Positions 55,336 to 64,000 of a DNA stretch of 64,000 nucleotides are shown piece after piece. The notes below the pieces were generated by a model. It worked only from the letters and a program-made list of their open reading frames with translations, made no database searches and was not told where the DNA came from. The stretch lies in contig CBFGKH010000001.1 of NCBI GenBank assembly GCA_965649295.1, positions 192,001 through 256,000 on the forward strand, written 5' to 3'. The stretch is from a candidate division WOR-3 bacterium. Its GTDB lineage: Bacteria > Hydrothermota > Tepidihabitantia > Tepidihabitantales > Tepidihabitantaceae. The stretch's first letter is position 1. Each line of letters opens with the position of its first letter. A program made the translations under genes and the position numbers.

Positions 55336-57282
55336 TTAGGGTGCCAGACGCAACTGCAGTAGCAGTGCAGCCGTGGCAACAACAAGTGAAACTGCCGTTA
55401 TTATCAGGCCATACTTGAGCCATTCAACAAACCGCACTGACTTTCCGGAGACTTTCTCGAATGCACCAACGGCCACCAGGTTCGCAGTTGACCCGATGAC
55501 GGTGAGGTTGCCGCCGAAACAACCACCGAACAGCAGCGCCCACCACAGAATGGACGCGTGCGGCAGACCGGCCCGCGCCAGGTCCTTGACCACTGGTACC
55601 AACGCAGCAACAATTGGCAGGTTGTCCACAAACCCCGAAGTCAAACCGCTGAACCAGAGCATCAGCACCGCTGTGACGCCCGTGACGTTAGCCGGCGAGG
55701 CCGCTGCCCCAGCGATGGCCCGTGAGGTATTCAGCATCACATAACCGAGCTTGGTAGTGACGCCGGTGTACTCCAGACAGGCGGCGTTGGCAAACAAGAA
55801 CATGAAGAACAGTAGCGTCCACCAGTCAATCCCGCGCTCGACCAGCAGCCGACCCTTTTCCTGCTCGTAGAAAACGATGAAACCGACAACCAGCAACGCC
55901 TCAGCTACCAGGGCTGTCCCCTCAGCCAGGTTCAACAACAACTCAACCCGACGATGGATTGCTACCAGCAGGATCACTGTGACAAAGGTGATAATCCCGG
56001 TGCGTAGCCGGGTGAAATCGACGTTCTCGGCCGACCGTTCGAGGTCGCGCAGGTCAAGGTTGTAGCGCTGGCCGAAGAACTGCTTGCGATAGAGTAACAG
56101 ACAGATAGCAGCCGTAACCACTGCCGCCAGCACTGATACCGGTGTCGCCCAGCGCAAAAAATGCTCAAAGCTCAACTTACCGGCAAACGCAATATAGACG
56201 CCAATCGGGTTGCCAACGAGGGTTACTGCGCTGCCGACATTGGTCGCAAATACAAGACAGAGTAAGTAAGGTACCAGTGGCGCCCTGGTCCGGCGTGACA
56301 CCTCCAGCGCCAGCCCGAAAGTGACCAGTATTGCCGATACCTCATCCGCGAACCCGCCAAGTAGCACCGAAAAACCCATCAGGAACAGTAGCAGCAACCA
56401 GGGAATGCCACGCACCCGTTGAATCGCCTTTGTCACGAGATAGCGGAAAACGCCGATATTCTCAAGCCACTTGACAATCACCATCATCGACATAATGAAA
56501 AGGATCGTCGGTATCGACATGAACTTGACCGTTGTGTCCAGGTCCATGACGCCAGCGACCAGTAGGATTCCCAGGGCGGCGGCAGCGATAGCGACCCGGA
56601 ACCGCCAGAAGAGCAGCGTGCCCAGCACCATACCGACAAAGAGCGTGACGGTCAGGTTCTGACGGAATAGCCAGACCGGCTCAGATAGATGGGCGAACTC
56701 CTCACTGGCATAAGGACCGGTATTGGGTAACACAATCCGCGGCAGAACAGTCTGGGCCACCGCATAGACAAACAAGACTGCCGCGCCGAAAAACGCCAGT
56801 CGCCGATGACGTTCAAAGAAACCGGCATGAGGCGGATTGGTAATGGCACGGACGATGTCGCGCGGATTACGGGCAGCAAGCACTGCCTGCTGCACCGACG
56901 GCTGGTTAAGAGAACGTGCCAGCTCCGCCAGCAACTCCAAATACTTGCTGCGACGGTTGGCGGCGGCCACGATGATGACAACAACCCGCACCGGCTCGTC
57001 GTCAGCACCGCCCCAAGGCATACCGCGGGCCAGCCGAACAATGACCACTGCTGGCTCGGTAACGCCATCCATTATTGCATGCGGCAGAGCTAGGCCGTGG
57101 CCAACTCCGGTCGGCCCCTGGGCCTCGCGCCGTTCCAGTTCAGCAATGAACGCGGCTGCATCGGGTATTGTCCCGCGCTCGACCAGCTTCGCGGCCGCCA
57201 ACTCAAATACCTGCCGCGGCGACTCGGCTGAGGTCAATTCAAATGTCAGCTCCGGCCGAACGAAATCAGCCAGCTTCAACAC
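55336..57282 (-). CDS. PTS IIA domain fused to an ArsB/NhaD/SLC13 permease, paralogue 1
   Basis: RE...PTGVGHGLALPHA; FATNVGSAVTLVGNP, SGFVDNLP, GGNLTVIGSTANLV. Confidence 0.88.
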   Translation of the reverse strand: MLKLADFVRPELTFELTSAESPRQVFELAAAKLVERGTIPDAAAFIAELERREAQGPTGVGHGLALPHAIMDGVTEPAVVIVRLARGMPWGGADDEPVRVVVIIVAAANRRSKYLELLAELARSLNQPSVQQAVLAARNPRDIVRAITNPPHAGFFERHRRLAFFGAAVLFVYAVAQTVLPRIVLPNTGPYASEEFAHLSEPVWLFRQNLTVTLFVGMVLGTLLFWRFRVAIAAAALGILLVAGVMDLDTTVKFMSIPTILFIMSMMVIVKWLENIGVFRYLVTKAIQRVRGIPWLLLLFLMGFSVLLGGFADEVSAILVTFGLALEVSRRTRAPLVPYLLCLVFATNVGSAVTLVGNPIGVYIAFAGKLSFEHFLRWATPVSVLAAVVTAAICLLLYRKQFFGQRYNLDLRDLERSAENVDFTRLRTGIITFVTVILLVAIHRRVELLLNLAEGTALVAEALLVVGFIVFYEQEKGRLLVERGIDWWTLLFFMFLFANAACLEYTGVTTKLGYVMLNTSRAIAGAAASPANVTGVTAVLMLWFSGLTSGFVDNLPIVAALVPVVKDLARAGLPHASILWWALLFGGCFGGNLTVIGSTANLVAVGAFEKVSGKSVRFVEWLKYGLIITAVSLVVATAALLLQLRLAP

Positions 57283-57393
57283 CGAAACACCTCAAGAAAG
57301 AACATCGTCCTCCTTACAGATGAGAGCAGAGAAAGGCACTCAATAACCCATTTGCGCTGGCATCACCGGCGCCCTCCAAAGTATCCCGATATG

Positions 57394-57421
57394 AGTATAG
57401 TCTCGCTTGCCCATCTGTCAA
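57394..57421 (-). promoter_or_regulatory. Promoter of the PTS-IIA transporter operon
   Basis: TTGACA-N16-TATACT. Confidence 0.72.
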
Positions 57422-57574
57422 AGCACCGCGACCGCAAACTCTGCAAACAGACACCTATCCTGCTAACTTGCATTGACAACAGCAGAACAGACCCAAGTCT
57501 AGCCACGGGAACGTTAGTCGCCTCGTTACCGTCGCCTCTTGCTAGCCGAAGCTAACACTTGAAAGAACCTAAAC

Positions 57575-57602
57575 TTGACAGACCGTAACGTCAGGCTAGA
57601 AT
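57575..57602 (+). promoter_or_regulatory. Promoter of the lipoprotein-ompA unit
   Basis: TTGACA-N16-TAGAAT. Confidence 0.72.
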
Positions 57603-57630
57603 GAATCACAAGTTTCTAAGGAGGACCCGA

Positions 57631-58251
57631 ATGCGTCGTACACTGTTCGCACTGGCCGTATTCGCCGCAGCAGCTCTGCTTCTGACAGCTTGTGAGCAAC
57701 GCTCCAATGTGCTGCGGGTCGCGAACATCAATGACGGTATCCCAGTCTATGCAGACATCGCCGACTGGTACCTCTACATCCACGGCGACCCAGCTGAACC
57801 CGACTCCGACTGGATTGCGTTCTTCAACGACGACATTGCCGATGTTGAATTCCAATATGTAGAAATCGGCGCCGGTCTTCCGACCTGGACCCCCTACGTC
57901 GCCACCATCAACTCCTACACAATCTGGTACCGTTCATCCGCAGACACGACTGTCACCTACGATTCAATAGTGGTGCCGACCACGGTAGTTGTCCCCGCCG
58001 ACCGTGAAGGAAAGCGTACAACTAAAGCCAAACTGATGCTCGTATCCGGTTCTTGGAAGCAGCAGTTCTTCCGGTCTCGAATTGGCGATGAACCCAACGA
58101 CGGCGACGGCTTCAACGACATACTACAGGCTCGTATCAAGTTCTCCGGCTACGACTCAGTAGCAAATCGGAAAATCACAGCTAGGGCAAATGCCACGATT
58201 CGGGTCGCGGATTTCTGGGATAGTCCAAGCAGTTACGAAGGCGGTCGCTAA
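57631..58251 (+). CDS. Hypothetical lipoprotein
   Basis: AAGGAGG SD, MRR...LLLTAC lipobox, beta-rich mature part. Confidence 0.75.
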   Translation: MRRTLFALAVFAAAALLLTACEQRSNVLRVANINDGIPVYADIADWYLYIHGDPAEPDSDWIAFFNDDIADVEFQYVEIGAGLPTWTPYVATINSYTIWYRSSADTTVTYDSIVVPTTVVVPADREGKRTTKAKLMLVSGSWKQQFFRSRIGDEPNDGDGFNDILQARIKFSGYDSVANRKITARANATIRVADFWDSPSSYEGGR

Positions 58252-58407
58252 CGGCAACCGGCGACGCCAAGTCAGAACTACATAGGCTCTGTTTTGTCAT
58301 TTTGGCGACGACTGCCTCCTAGGCCAATGCCTAGGAGTCTATAGTGTCGTGGCCTAAGGTTAAGCCAGACCACGACAGAGGCAGTTCGGTACATCAAAGG
58401 AGGTTCT

Positions 58408-60435
58408 ATGGACCGTAAGACCGTATTGGTGGCGCTGCTGACGGCGGCAATGTTCCCGGCGGCAGCTTTCGCTTATATTGGAGTCGGCGGTGGTCGCGGT
58501 CTGTTCCGCGTCCAAAGCGCAATGGTCGAAGAAGCTGCCGGCCTCACTGTTGGATTCCACGCACTTGGTCGCAAGGCTGACTTCGATATCTATGACCTTG
58601 GTATCCCCGCCTTGATGGACAAGACCGCCTGGGTGGCGGATGTCATCGGACCAGAAGTCTGCTATGCGCCCGTCGCGACGAAATATCTCGGTCTCGAGCT
58701 GTTTGGCTCGTGGGGTGGCAAGTTTCAGATGCCACAAGACACAGCCATCACCGGCATCAGCATTGCCAGCGGAATGAGAGACGCCAAAGTTGGCGGCAAA
58801 CTCTCGGTGCCATACCTACCTGTACTCAAACTGGGTGTAAGTGGCGACTACAGCTTCGACCTATTTGATGAAACCCGCCAATGGGCAGACCCGACTGCGC
58901 TACCGATTGTTAGAGACCCGGCATACACCTGGCGGGTACTTGCCGACTTGCGATTCCAAGACCTTCTGCCGGCAGTGCCCAACCTTTTCTTCAACTACGG
59001 TAAGGTGAACGGCAACACCGAGATCGGCGCTGGGCTCGAACTCGCTGGCAAAAACCTCGGTCTCTTCGTCGAAGCACTCTCATCGCAACCTGCCGGTCGC
59101 GGCCCGCTCGACATGACGCGGAACGACCCGACCAACCCGACAGCCCCGCAGGGGCACGTCTACCTGACGCCGGGCGTAGTGCTCGGTTCACCATCTGGTG
59201 TCGCCCTCAAACTGGCCTACACAATGGCCTGGGGCTGGCACGAGTATGATGAACTCCTTGCCGGACTGACCATTGCCACCGGTTTCGGCAAGCGCGTACC
59301 GCCGCAATTCGGCTCCATCGCCGGATCAGTGACTGACGAAGTAACTGGTGCACCAATCGCGGCCAACATCAGCTTCCCCGACCATCCTAAGCTGGCCCCA
59401 TTGGTTGCCGACGCGAACACCGGACTGTTCACAGCCAAGAAGGTACCGGTCGGGTCTGTAACGGTCGAGGTGACAGCTGAAGGCTACCGGAAGATGATCG
59501 TTCCGCTCGCTATCGAGAACAACAAAGTCACACCGTACGAATTCAAACTCAAACCCCTTGTCGTTTATGGCAGCATCGCCGGCGTTGTGACCGACGCCAA
59601 GACCGGCAAACCTCTCGATGCGACGATTGAGTTCCCGGGCAGCAGCCTGTCACCGGTAACAACCAACGCCGCTGATGGTTCATTCCGGGTCCAGCAGGCC
59701 CCGGTCGGCGCTTACACGGTCACCGCGTCGGCTCGTGGCTATGTTCGCAGCTCCCAATCGGTAGCAGTTGAGCAGGGCAAAGCCGTTGCCTTGACATTTG
59801 CCCTGAACCCAGTTGAGGTAACGCCAGCGGTCAGTCCGAGCATCTTCACTGGTACAATCAAGGATAAGAAGACCGGTGCGCCAATAGCCGGCACAATCAG
59901 GTTCCCGGGTACAACGTTGCCTGACGTGACCGATGATACCAAGACTGGGGTCTTCCAGGTAGAACTTGCGCCCGGCTCCTATGCTGTAACAGTTGAAGCC
60001 GAAGGTTACGTCCGTCAGGTCGCCGCCATCGTTGTCGAACCAGGCAAACCGCTCGTCCGCGACTTCGAGCTCGTCAAAGAAGGTATGGCGATTACGCTCA
60101 AAGGCATCTACTTTGATGTCGGCAAGGCGACAATCAAACCAGAGTCGCATGAAGCCCTAGCTGACGCAGCCAAGATTCTCAAAGACAATCCCACCATCCG
60201 CGTTGAGATTCAGGGACATACCGACAACACCGGTTCGGATGCCCTGAACATGAGGCTCTCCGATCAACGGGCTTGGGCTGTCGTCAACTACCTTGTTGAG
60301 AACTTCGGCATCGACCGGAACCGATTGACCGCCAAAGGCTACGGCAAGAACCGGCCAGTCGCCTCAAACGACACGCCAGAAGGACGTGCTCTGAACCGAC
60401 GAGTTGACTTCGTAATCCTCAGCGGCGAGAAGTAG
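58408..60435 (+). CDS. OmpA-family protein: N-terminal barrel-like region, three carboxypeptidase-regulatory-like repeats, OmpA_C domain
   Basis: G.I.G.V.D..TG.P repeats; IYFD.GKA.I, IQGHTD..G....N..LS..RA, GYG..RP...N.T.EGR..NRRV. Confidence 0.9.
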   Translation: MDRKTVLVALLTAAMFPAAAFAYIGVGGGRGLFRVQSAMVEEAAGLTVGFHALGRKADFDIYDLGIPALMDKTAWVADVIGPEVCYAPVATKYLGLELFGSWGGKFQMPQDTAITGISIASGMRDAKVGGKLSVPYLPVLKLGVSGDYSFDLFDETRQWADPTALPIVRDPAYTWRVLADLRFQDLLPAVPNLFFNYGKVNGNTEIGAGLELAGKNLGLFVEALSSQPAGRGPLDMTRNDPTNPTAPQGHVYLTPGVVLGSPSGVALKLAYTMAWGWHEYDELLAGLTIATGFGKRVPPQFGSIAGSVTDEVTGAPIAANISFPDHPKLAPLVADANTGLFTAKKVPVGSVTVEVTAEGYRKMIVPLAIENNKVTPYEFKLKPLVVYGSIAGVVTDAKTGKPLDATIEFPGSSLSPVTTNAADGSFRVQQAPVGAYTVTASARGYVRSSQSVAVEQGKAVALTFALNPVEVTPAVSPSIFTGTIKDKKTGAPIAGTIRFPGTTLPDVTDDTKTGVFQVELAPGSYAVTVEAEGYVRQVAAIVVEPGKPLVRDFELVKEGMAITLKGIYFDVGKATIKPESHEALADAAKILKDNPTIRVEIQGHTDNTGSDALNMRLSDQRAWAVVNYLVENFGIDRNRLTAKGYGKNRPVASNDTPEGRALNRRVDFVILSGEK

Positions 60436-60455
60436 TAAAGCGACAGAGAGTAGCT

Positions 60456-60488
60456 AGAGGCGGCGGGCGATGCCCGCCGCCTCTCTTT
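60456..60488 (+). terminator. Terminator between convergent ompA and PAC2 genes
   Basis: AGAGGCGGCGGGC-GAT-GCCCGCCGCCTCT followed by CTTT. Confidence 0.7.
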
Positions 60489-60501
60489 AGGATTCGAACC
60501 G

Positions 60502-61461
60502 CTAACTTGTCCTATTACCGAAAAGGTCCAAGAAGCGATCCTCGTATAGCGAGAAAAGACCCCAGCGGTCCAGCTCTCGCTTCAATTCCAAGGCCTTGGA
60601 CCGATCGAGCTGGGCCTGTTCGAACAACTCCTCAATGTGCTGCATCAGCTCGTGCGGCTCCGGTCGCTCATCCTGACTATCAGGTGCCTCTTCGGCCCTT
60701 CGGGTCGTGGAGTGACCACCCGTCATCTGCTCACGTAACGAGCGAATCGCCTCGCTGACCCTGTTCTCAAACTCTTCAAGGAGTCGATCGGTATCACGCA
60801 CCGCCTGGTTGATTTCGTCGAGGTCAACTGAAGTATTGAGTATTCGTTCGAACACCTGCACTACCGCCCGCGAGGCCCGGGGATTAGGAGTTTCAATTGC
60901 ATATTGCGGCATGGTCGCCAAGAAACAGGCGGCCGGCAAACCTCGTGTCCGAGCGATACCAAGCAACAGGCCGTTGAGACCGGATATACGGCCTTCCTTC
61001 AAAGGAATGACGCCAAGTGCGCCAAACTCATCACGAATCTTCTCGTCAGTCGCCACCCCGTAAACTTCGGTTGGCTGACGATAGCTAATTGGCATGGCAT
61101 AGGCAGCACCCGTATAGACCGCACCGACTCCGTGAGACTGAGCGTAGTCAAGCAGCTCGTTGGCCAGCCGCAGACCTGATTCACCAGCAAGTTGGCCCTC
61201 GCCAACAAAGACAAGTACCGACGGTTCGACGACGTGGTATAGCGACTGTCGGGGCGGACTCGGCACCTGCCCGAGCCCATCGCTGACCATTATCTCATCA
61301 GGATGATAGTATGAGCTGACGTCAACCCTAGCAACTAGCTTTCCGTGGAGTTTGCGCCGAATATAATCAGCCGCACCCAAGCCGACCTGGCCCATGCCTG
61401 GCCAAGCGGCAATTAGTATCGGTACTCTGAAGTCGGTTTCAATTAAACTCTGTATTGCCAT
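60502..61461 (-). CDS. PAC2 (proteasome assembly chaperone)-family protein
   Basis: LIAAWPGMGQVG..A.DY, G.ISGLNGLLLG, PNPRAS. Confidence 0.85.
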   Translation of the reverse strand: MAIQSLIETDFRVPILIAAWPGMGQVGLGAADYIRRKLHGKLVARVDVSSYYHPDEIMVSDGLGQVPSPPRQSLYHVVEPSVLVFVGEGQLAGESGLRLANELLDYAQSHGVGAVYTGAAYAMPISYRQPTEVYGVATDEKIRDEFGALGVIPLKEGRISGLNGLLLGIARTRGLPAACFLATMPQYAIETPNPRASRAVVQVFERILNTSVDLDEINQAVRDTDRLLEEFENRVSEAIRSLREQMTGGHSTTRRAEEAPDSQDERPEPHELMQHIEELFEQAQLDRSKALELKRELDRWGLFSLYEDRFLDLFGNRTS

Positions 61462-61468
61462 CTACTAC

Positions 61469-63094
61469 TTAGACGCGATCGGCGGGGCTCGAGTTCGGCA
61501 TTACTGACCGACGCCTGCCTAGCAGGTCGTGCATCGCGGCTTTGACCTCGCCTATCCCCGCGATCATCGCGCCAGACAAGTATACGCCAATTCCAGCCAG
61601 CCCGGCAACCCCCACCTGCAGCAATTGCTGAACCAATGAAATCGTCCCGATCAGCCGACGTAACAACTCGGCACAGCCGAAAGCTGCAGCAGCGGCAAGA
61701 ATGGCGACCAGTAGCACACGTACTGTCAAACTAGCAAGATAACGACCAGCCAACCCGCCAGCCCGACGACGGAGAATAGTGAAGAGTACGAAGAAGTTGG
61801 CAGTCTGCATGGCTGATGCAGCCAACGGGAACGAACGAAAACCGACCACACGCATAAGTATTACGTTCATCAGAATGTTCCCCACTACAACCGCGACGGC
61901 GACAAATGCCGGCGTCCGAGTGTCACCGCAGGCATAAAAACCGGCAGCAACATTGCGGGTGGCGGCGGCTGCCCAGATGCCAATACAGTATAGCGCCAGT
62001 GCCTGGGCGGTCAGCGCCGTGTCGCCGGCAGTAAACCGGCCATGCTCATACACCAGCCGGGTGACCGGCACAGCCAATGCCAGCAGCAGCAACGCGGCCG
62101 GTAGGGTGAGAACCGAAACCAATGCCATCGAATGCCGAAACCGCTCCCGAATCGCAGAGTATTGATTCTCAGCAGCACCGTGCGCAAACTCGGCAATCGC
62201 TACCGAGCCGATTGCTACGCCAAACAAGCCAGCCGGCAGATGCTGGATGCGATAGGCATAACTAACCCATGTCACTGAGCCCTCGGGCAGAAATGTCAGA
62301 AGAAAAGTATTGACAAGGAAGTTTACCTGCCAGGTGGCGAACCCCAAAACCATCGGCAGCCAGCGTCGCAGAACCTGCCCAAGTTCAGGCGACCGCAGAT
62401 CGAGTTCTGCCGAGTAGCGAAAGCCATGGCGAAAGAGCACCGGTAGCTGAATGGCGAACTGAGCAACCGCACCGACTACCACGCCCCAAGCCATGCCGAG
62501 AATCGGATTCTGTCCCCGCGCCTGAAAGAAACCAAAGCCTAGTGCCGGCACCAGTGCCGAGAAGAGGTTGAACGCGGTCGGCGCCAGTGCCGGCACAAAG
62601 AACGAGCCGCAGGCGTTGAGCACACCCATTGCCCACGCTGCCAGTACAACAAAGAAAAAGAAGGGGAACATGATGCGCGTCAAAGTGGCAGTCAACGCGA
62701 GCTTGGCTGGCTCCGCACCAAAACCCATCGCAATCAGACGGACTATTGATGGTGCCAACGCCATTCCAAGCAACGAGATGACAGCTGTAGCCAACGCCAG
62801 TGTGTTCAGCATGTTGGCGGCAAACCGCCAGGTACGAGCCCGGTCACCGGTGCGCAGACTTTGGACAAGCGTCGGCACAAAGGCAGCCGACAATGCGCTC
62901 TCCGCAAACAGGTCACGCAGGAAGTTAGGAATCCGAAACGCAACATTGAAGGCATCAGTAGCAAAACCGGCCCCAAACAAGCCGGCAAAAACCGACTCGC
63001 GCACCACGCCAGCGATTCGCGATAGCAGTGTTCCAATCGAAGACAGACCCACGCGTCGCGTAAAACGGGCATTCTCGGCAGAGGAACTGGCCAT
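61469..63094 (-). CDS. murJ: Lipid II flippase MurJ
   Basis: SRI.G.VRE...A..FGAG..TDAF..AFRIPN.LR.LFAE.ALS.AFVP, YAYRI..LP.G.FG, FYA..DTRTP. Confidence 0.95.
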   Translation of the reverse strand: MASSSAENARFTRRVGLSSIGTLLSRIAGVVRESVFAGLFGAGFATDAFNVAFRIPNFLRDLFAESALSAAFVPTLVQSLRTGDRARTWRFAANMLNTLALATAVISLLGMALAPSIVRLIAMGFGAEPAKLALTATLTRIMFPFFFFVVLAAWAMGVLNACGSFFVPALAPTAFNLFSALVPALGFGFFQARGQNPILGMAWGVVVGAVAQFAIQLPVLFRHGFRYSAELDLRSPELGQVLRRWLPMVLGFATWQVNFLVNTFLLTFLPEGSVTWVSYAYRIQHLPAGLFGVAIGSVAIAEFAHGAAENQYSAIRERFRHSMALVSVLTLPAALLLLALAVPVTRLVYEHGRFTAGDTALTAQALALYCIGIWAAAATRNVAAGFYACGDTRTPAFVAVAVVVGNILMNVILMRVVGFRSFPLAASAMQTANFFVLFTILRRRAGGLAGRYLASLTVRVLLVAILAAAAAFGCAELLRRLIGTISLVQQLLQVGVAGLAGIGVYLSGAMIAGIGEVKAAMHDLLGRRRSVMPNSSPADRV

Positions 63095-63192
63095 CGCCGG
63101 AGTATAACCAACACCAGCCGGGCTGTCAGCCTCCGACGCTGTTGACTCGGCAAGGCTGGTTGCTACATTGAGCTGTTCGGGACCACCCAGTA

Positions 63193-63897
63193 ATGGCGAG
63201 ACGCGAGAAACCACCAGTCATTGCCGTGCGCGGCCGGCGCATCCGGCGCATCCCGGTGAAAACGCACGTCCTGGTCGAAAGTGACCCACTAATCGAGACT
63301 GTCCGGCGCTATGCCGCGCCAGTCCTCGAACGCGGTGACATCCTGACCATTGCCGAAAGCCCGGTTGCGGCAATGCAGGGCCGAGCGATTCCGGTCGAGC
63401 GGATTCGACCTGGGTTCTGGGCCAACGTCCTCTGGCGCTTTGTCAAGAAAGTCCCCTACGGTATCGGACTGCGCAGCCCCTGGTCAATGCAATGCGCCAT
63501 TGACGAAGTCGGGGCCCCACGCATCCTGCTTGCAGCTCTGGCTGGTGCCTGGGGCAAGTTGCGCGGTCGTAGCGGCGATTTCTATCGCGTCGCCGGCAAA
63601 CAGGCAGCAATGATTGACGCTGCCCACACCTCGGGTGTTCCCGAATTCTACAACTCTGTCATCCTCGGCCCGCGCGACCCCGACCGAGTTGCCACCGAGC
63701 TAGCGCAGGCACTGGGCTGTCCGGTAGCGATTGTTGACGCCAACGATATCTTCGGCTGTACGGTCGTCGGCGCTGCCCCCGGACTTGACAGTGAACTTGT
63801 CCAGTTAGCAATGAGCGATAACCCGGCCGGCCAGGGCAACGAGCTGACACCGATCGTCATTTTGCGCGACCTGGGGCCGGCCAGTGATTCGGATTGA
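63193..63897 (+). CDS. Coenzyme F420-0:gamma-glutamyl ligase (CofE)-like protein
   Basis: IPVKTH, GDILTIAESPVA..QGR, G.FYRVAG.....ID, LGP.DP, AIVDAND, DNPAGQ..E.TP. Confidence 0.75.
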   Translation: MARREKPPVIAVRGRRIRRIPVKTHVLVESDPLIETVRRYAAPVLERGDILTIAESPVAAMQGRAIPVERIRPGFWANVLWRFVKKVPYGIGLRSPWSMQCAIDEVGAPRILLAALAGAWGKLRGRSGDFYRVAGKQAAMIDAAHTSGVPEFYNSVILGPRDPDRVATELAQALGCPVAIVDANDIFGCTVVGAAPGLDSELVQLAMSDNPAGQGNELTPIVILRDLGPASDSD

Positions 63898-63951
63898 CTC
63901 ACTACCAGCCCAACGCTACAATTCGGCCGAGAGGCTTACTGAGGATGATCT

Positions 63952-64000
63952 GTGCTGAGTGACCCAAGGGTAGTCAAGCTCTTTGAGCTGCTCCTGGAAA
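63952..64000 (+). CDS. Probable 5' end of a gene running off the window
   Basis: TTGACT-N17-TACAAT promoter (63894-63922), GAGG, then GTG LSDPRVVKLFELLLE open to the edge. Confidence 0.35.
   Translation, partial: MLSDPRVVKLFELLLE

Noticed and set aside
37304..60484. Shared GGCGGGC...GCCCGCC hairpins at 37304, 38297 and 60456 as a REP or MITE family
   Set aside because: Each follows a stop codon and they share only a short GC core, so ordinary terminators explain them

Overview
This 64 kb window is GC-rich chromosomal DNA from a diderm bacterium. Several proteins carry T9SS-like C-terminal sorting domains, and two giant M6 proteases carry CARDB-like and Kelch-like repeats. That style suggests an FCB-related candidate lineage such as WOR-3 (inference). 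Housekeeping blocks are uvrA (partial), lon-hsp20, zapB-like/zapA-6S RNA-rny-ymdB, the rpsM-rpsK-rpsD-rpoA-rplQ operon, rsfS, ompA and murJ. Accessory modules are: (1) a DpnII-family GATC restriction-modification pair whose promoter carries five GATC sites, one inside the -10 box; (2) an Fe-S/redox operon whose IscS homologue lacks the PLP lysine and the substrate-binding arginine but keeps the catalytic Cys; (3) a seven-gene porin / LTD lipoprotein / CotH kinase / aryl-sulfotransferase / propeller / VTC / DUF4956 operon with a Pho-box-like upstream repeat, a candidate envelope polyphosphate-phosphorylation system; (4) two tandem M6 proteases with matching 9-repeat stalks; (5) two PTS-IIA-fused ion-transporter paralogues flanking a USP gene. 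I also saw an in-frame TGA in a beta-barrel gene, several structured 5' leaders, probable leaderless starts and mostly 16-bp promoter spacers. I found no CRISPR array, rRNA, tRNA or transposase. All calls come from motif recognition by eye; no database search was run.
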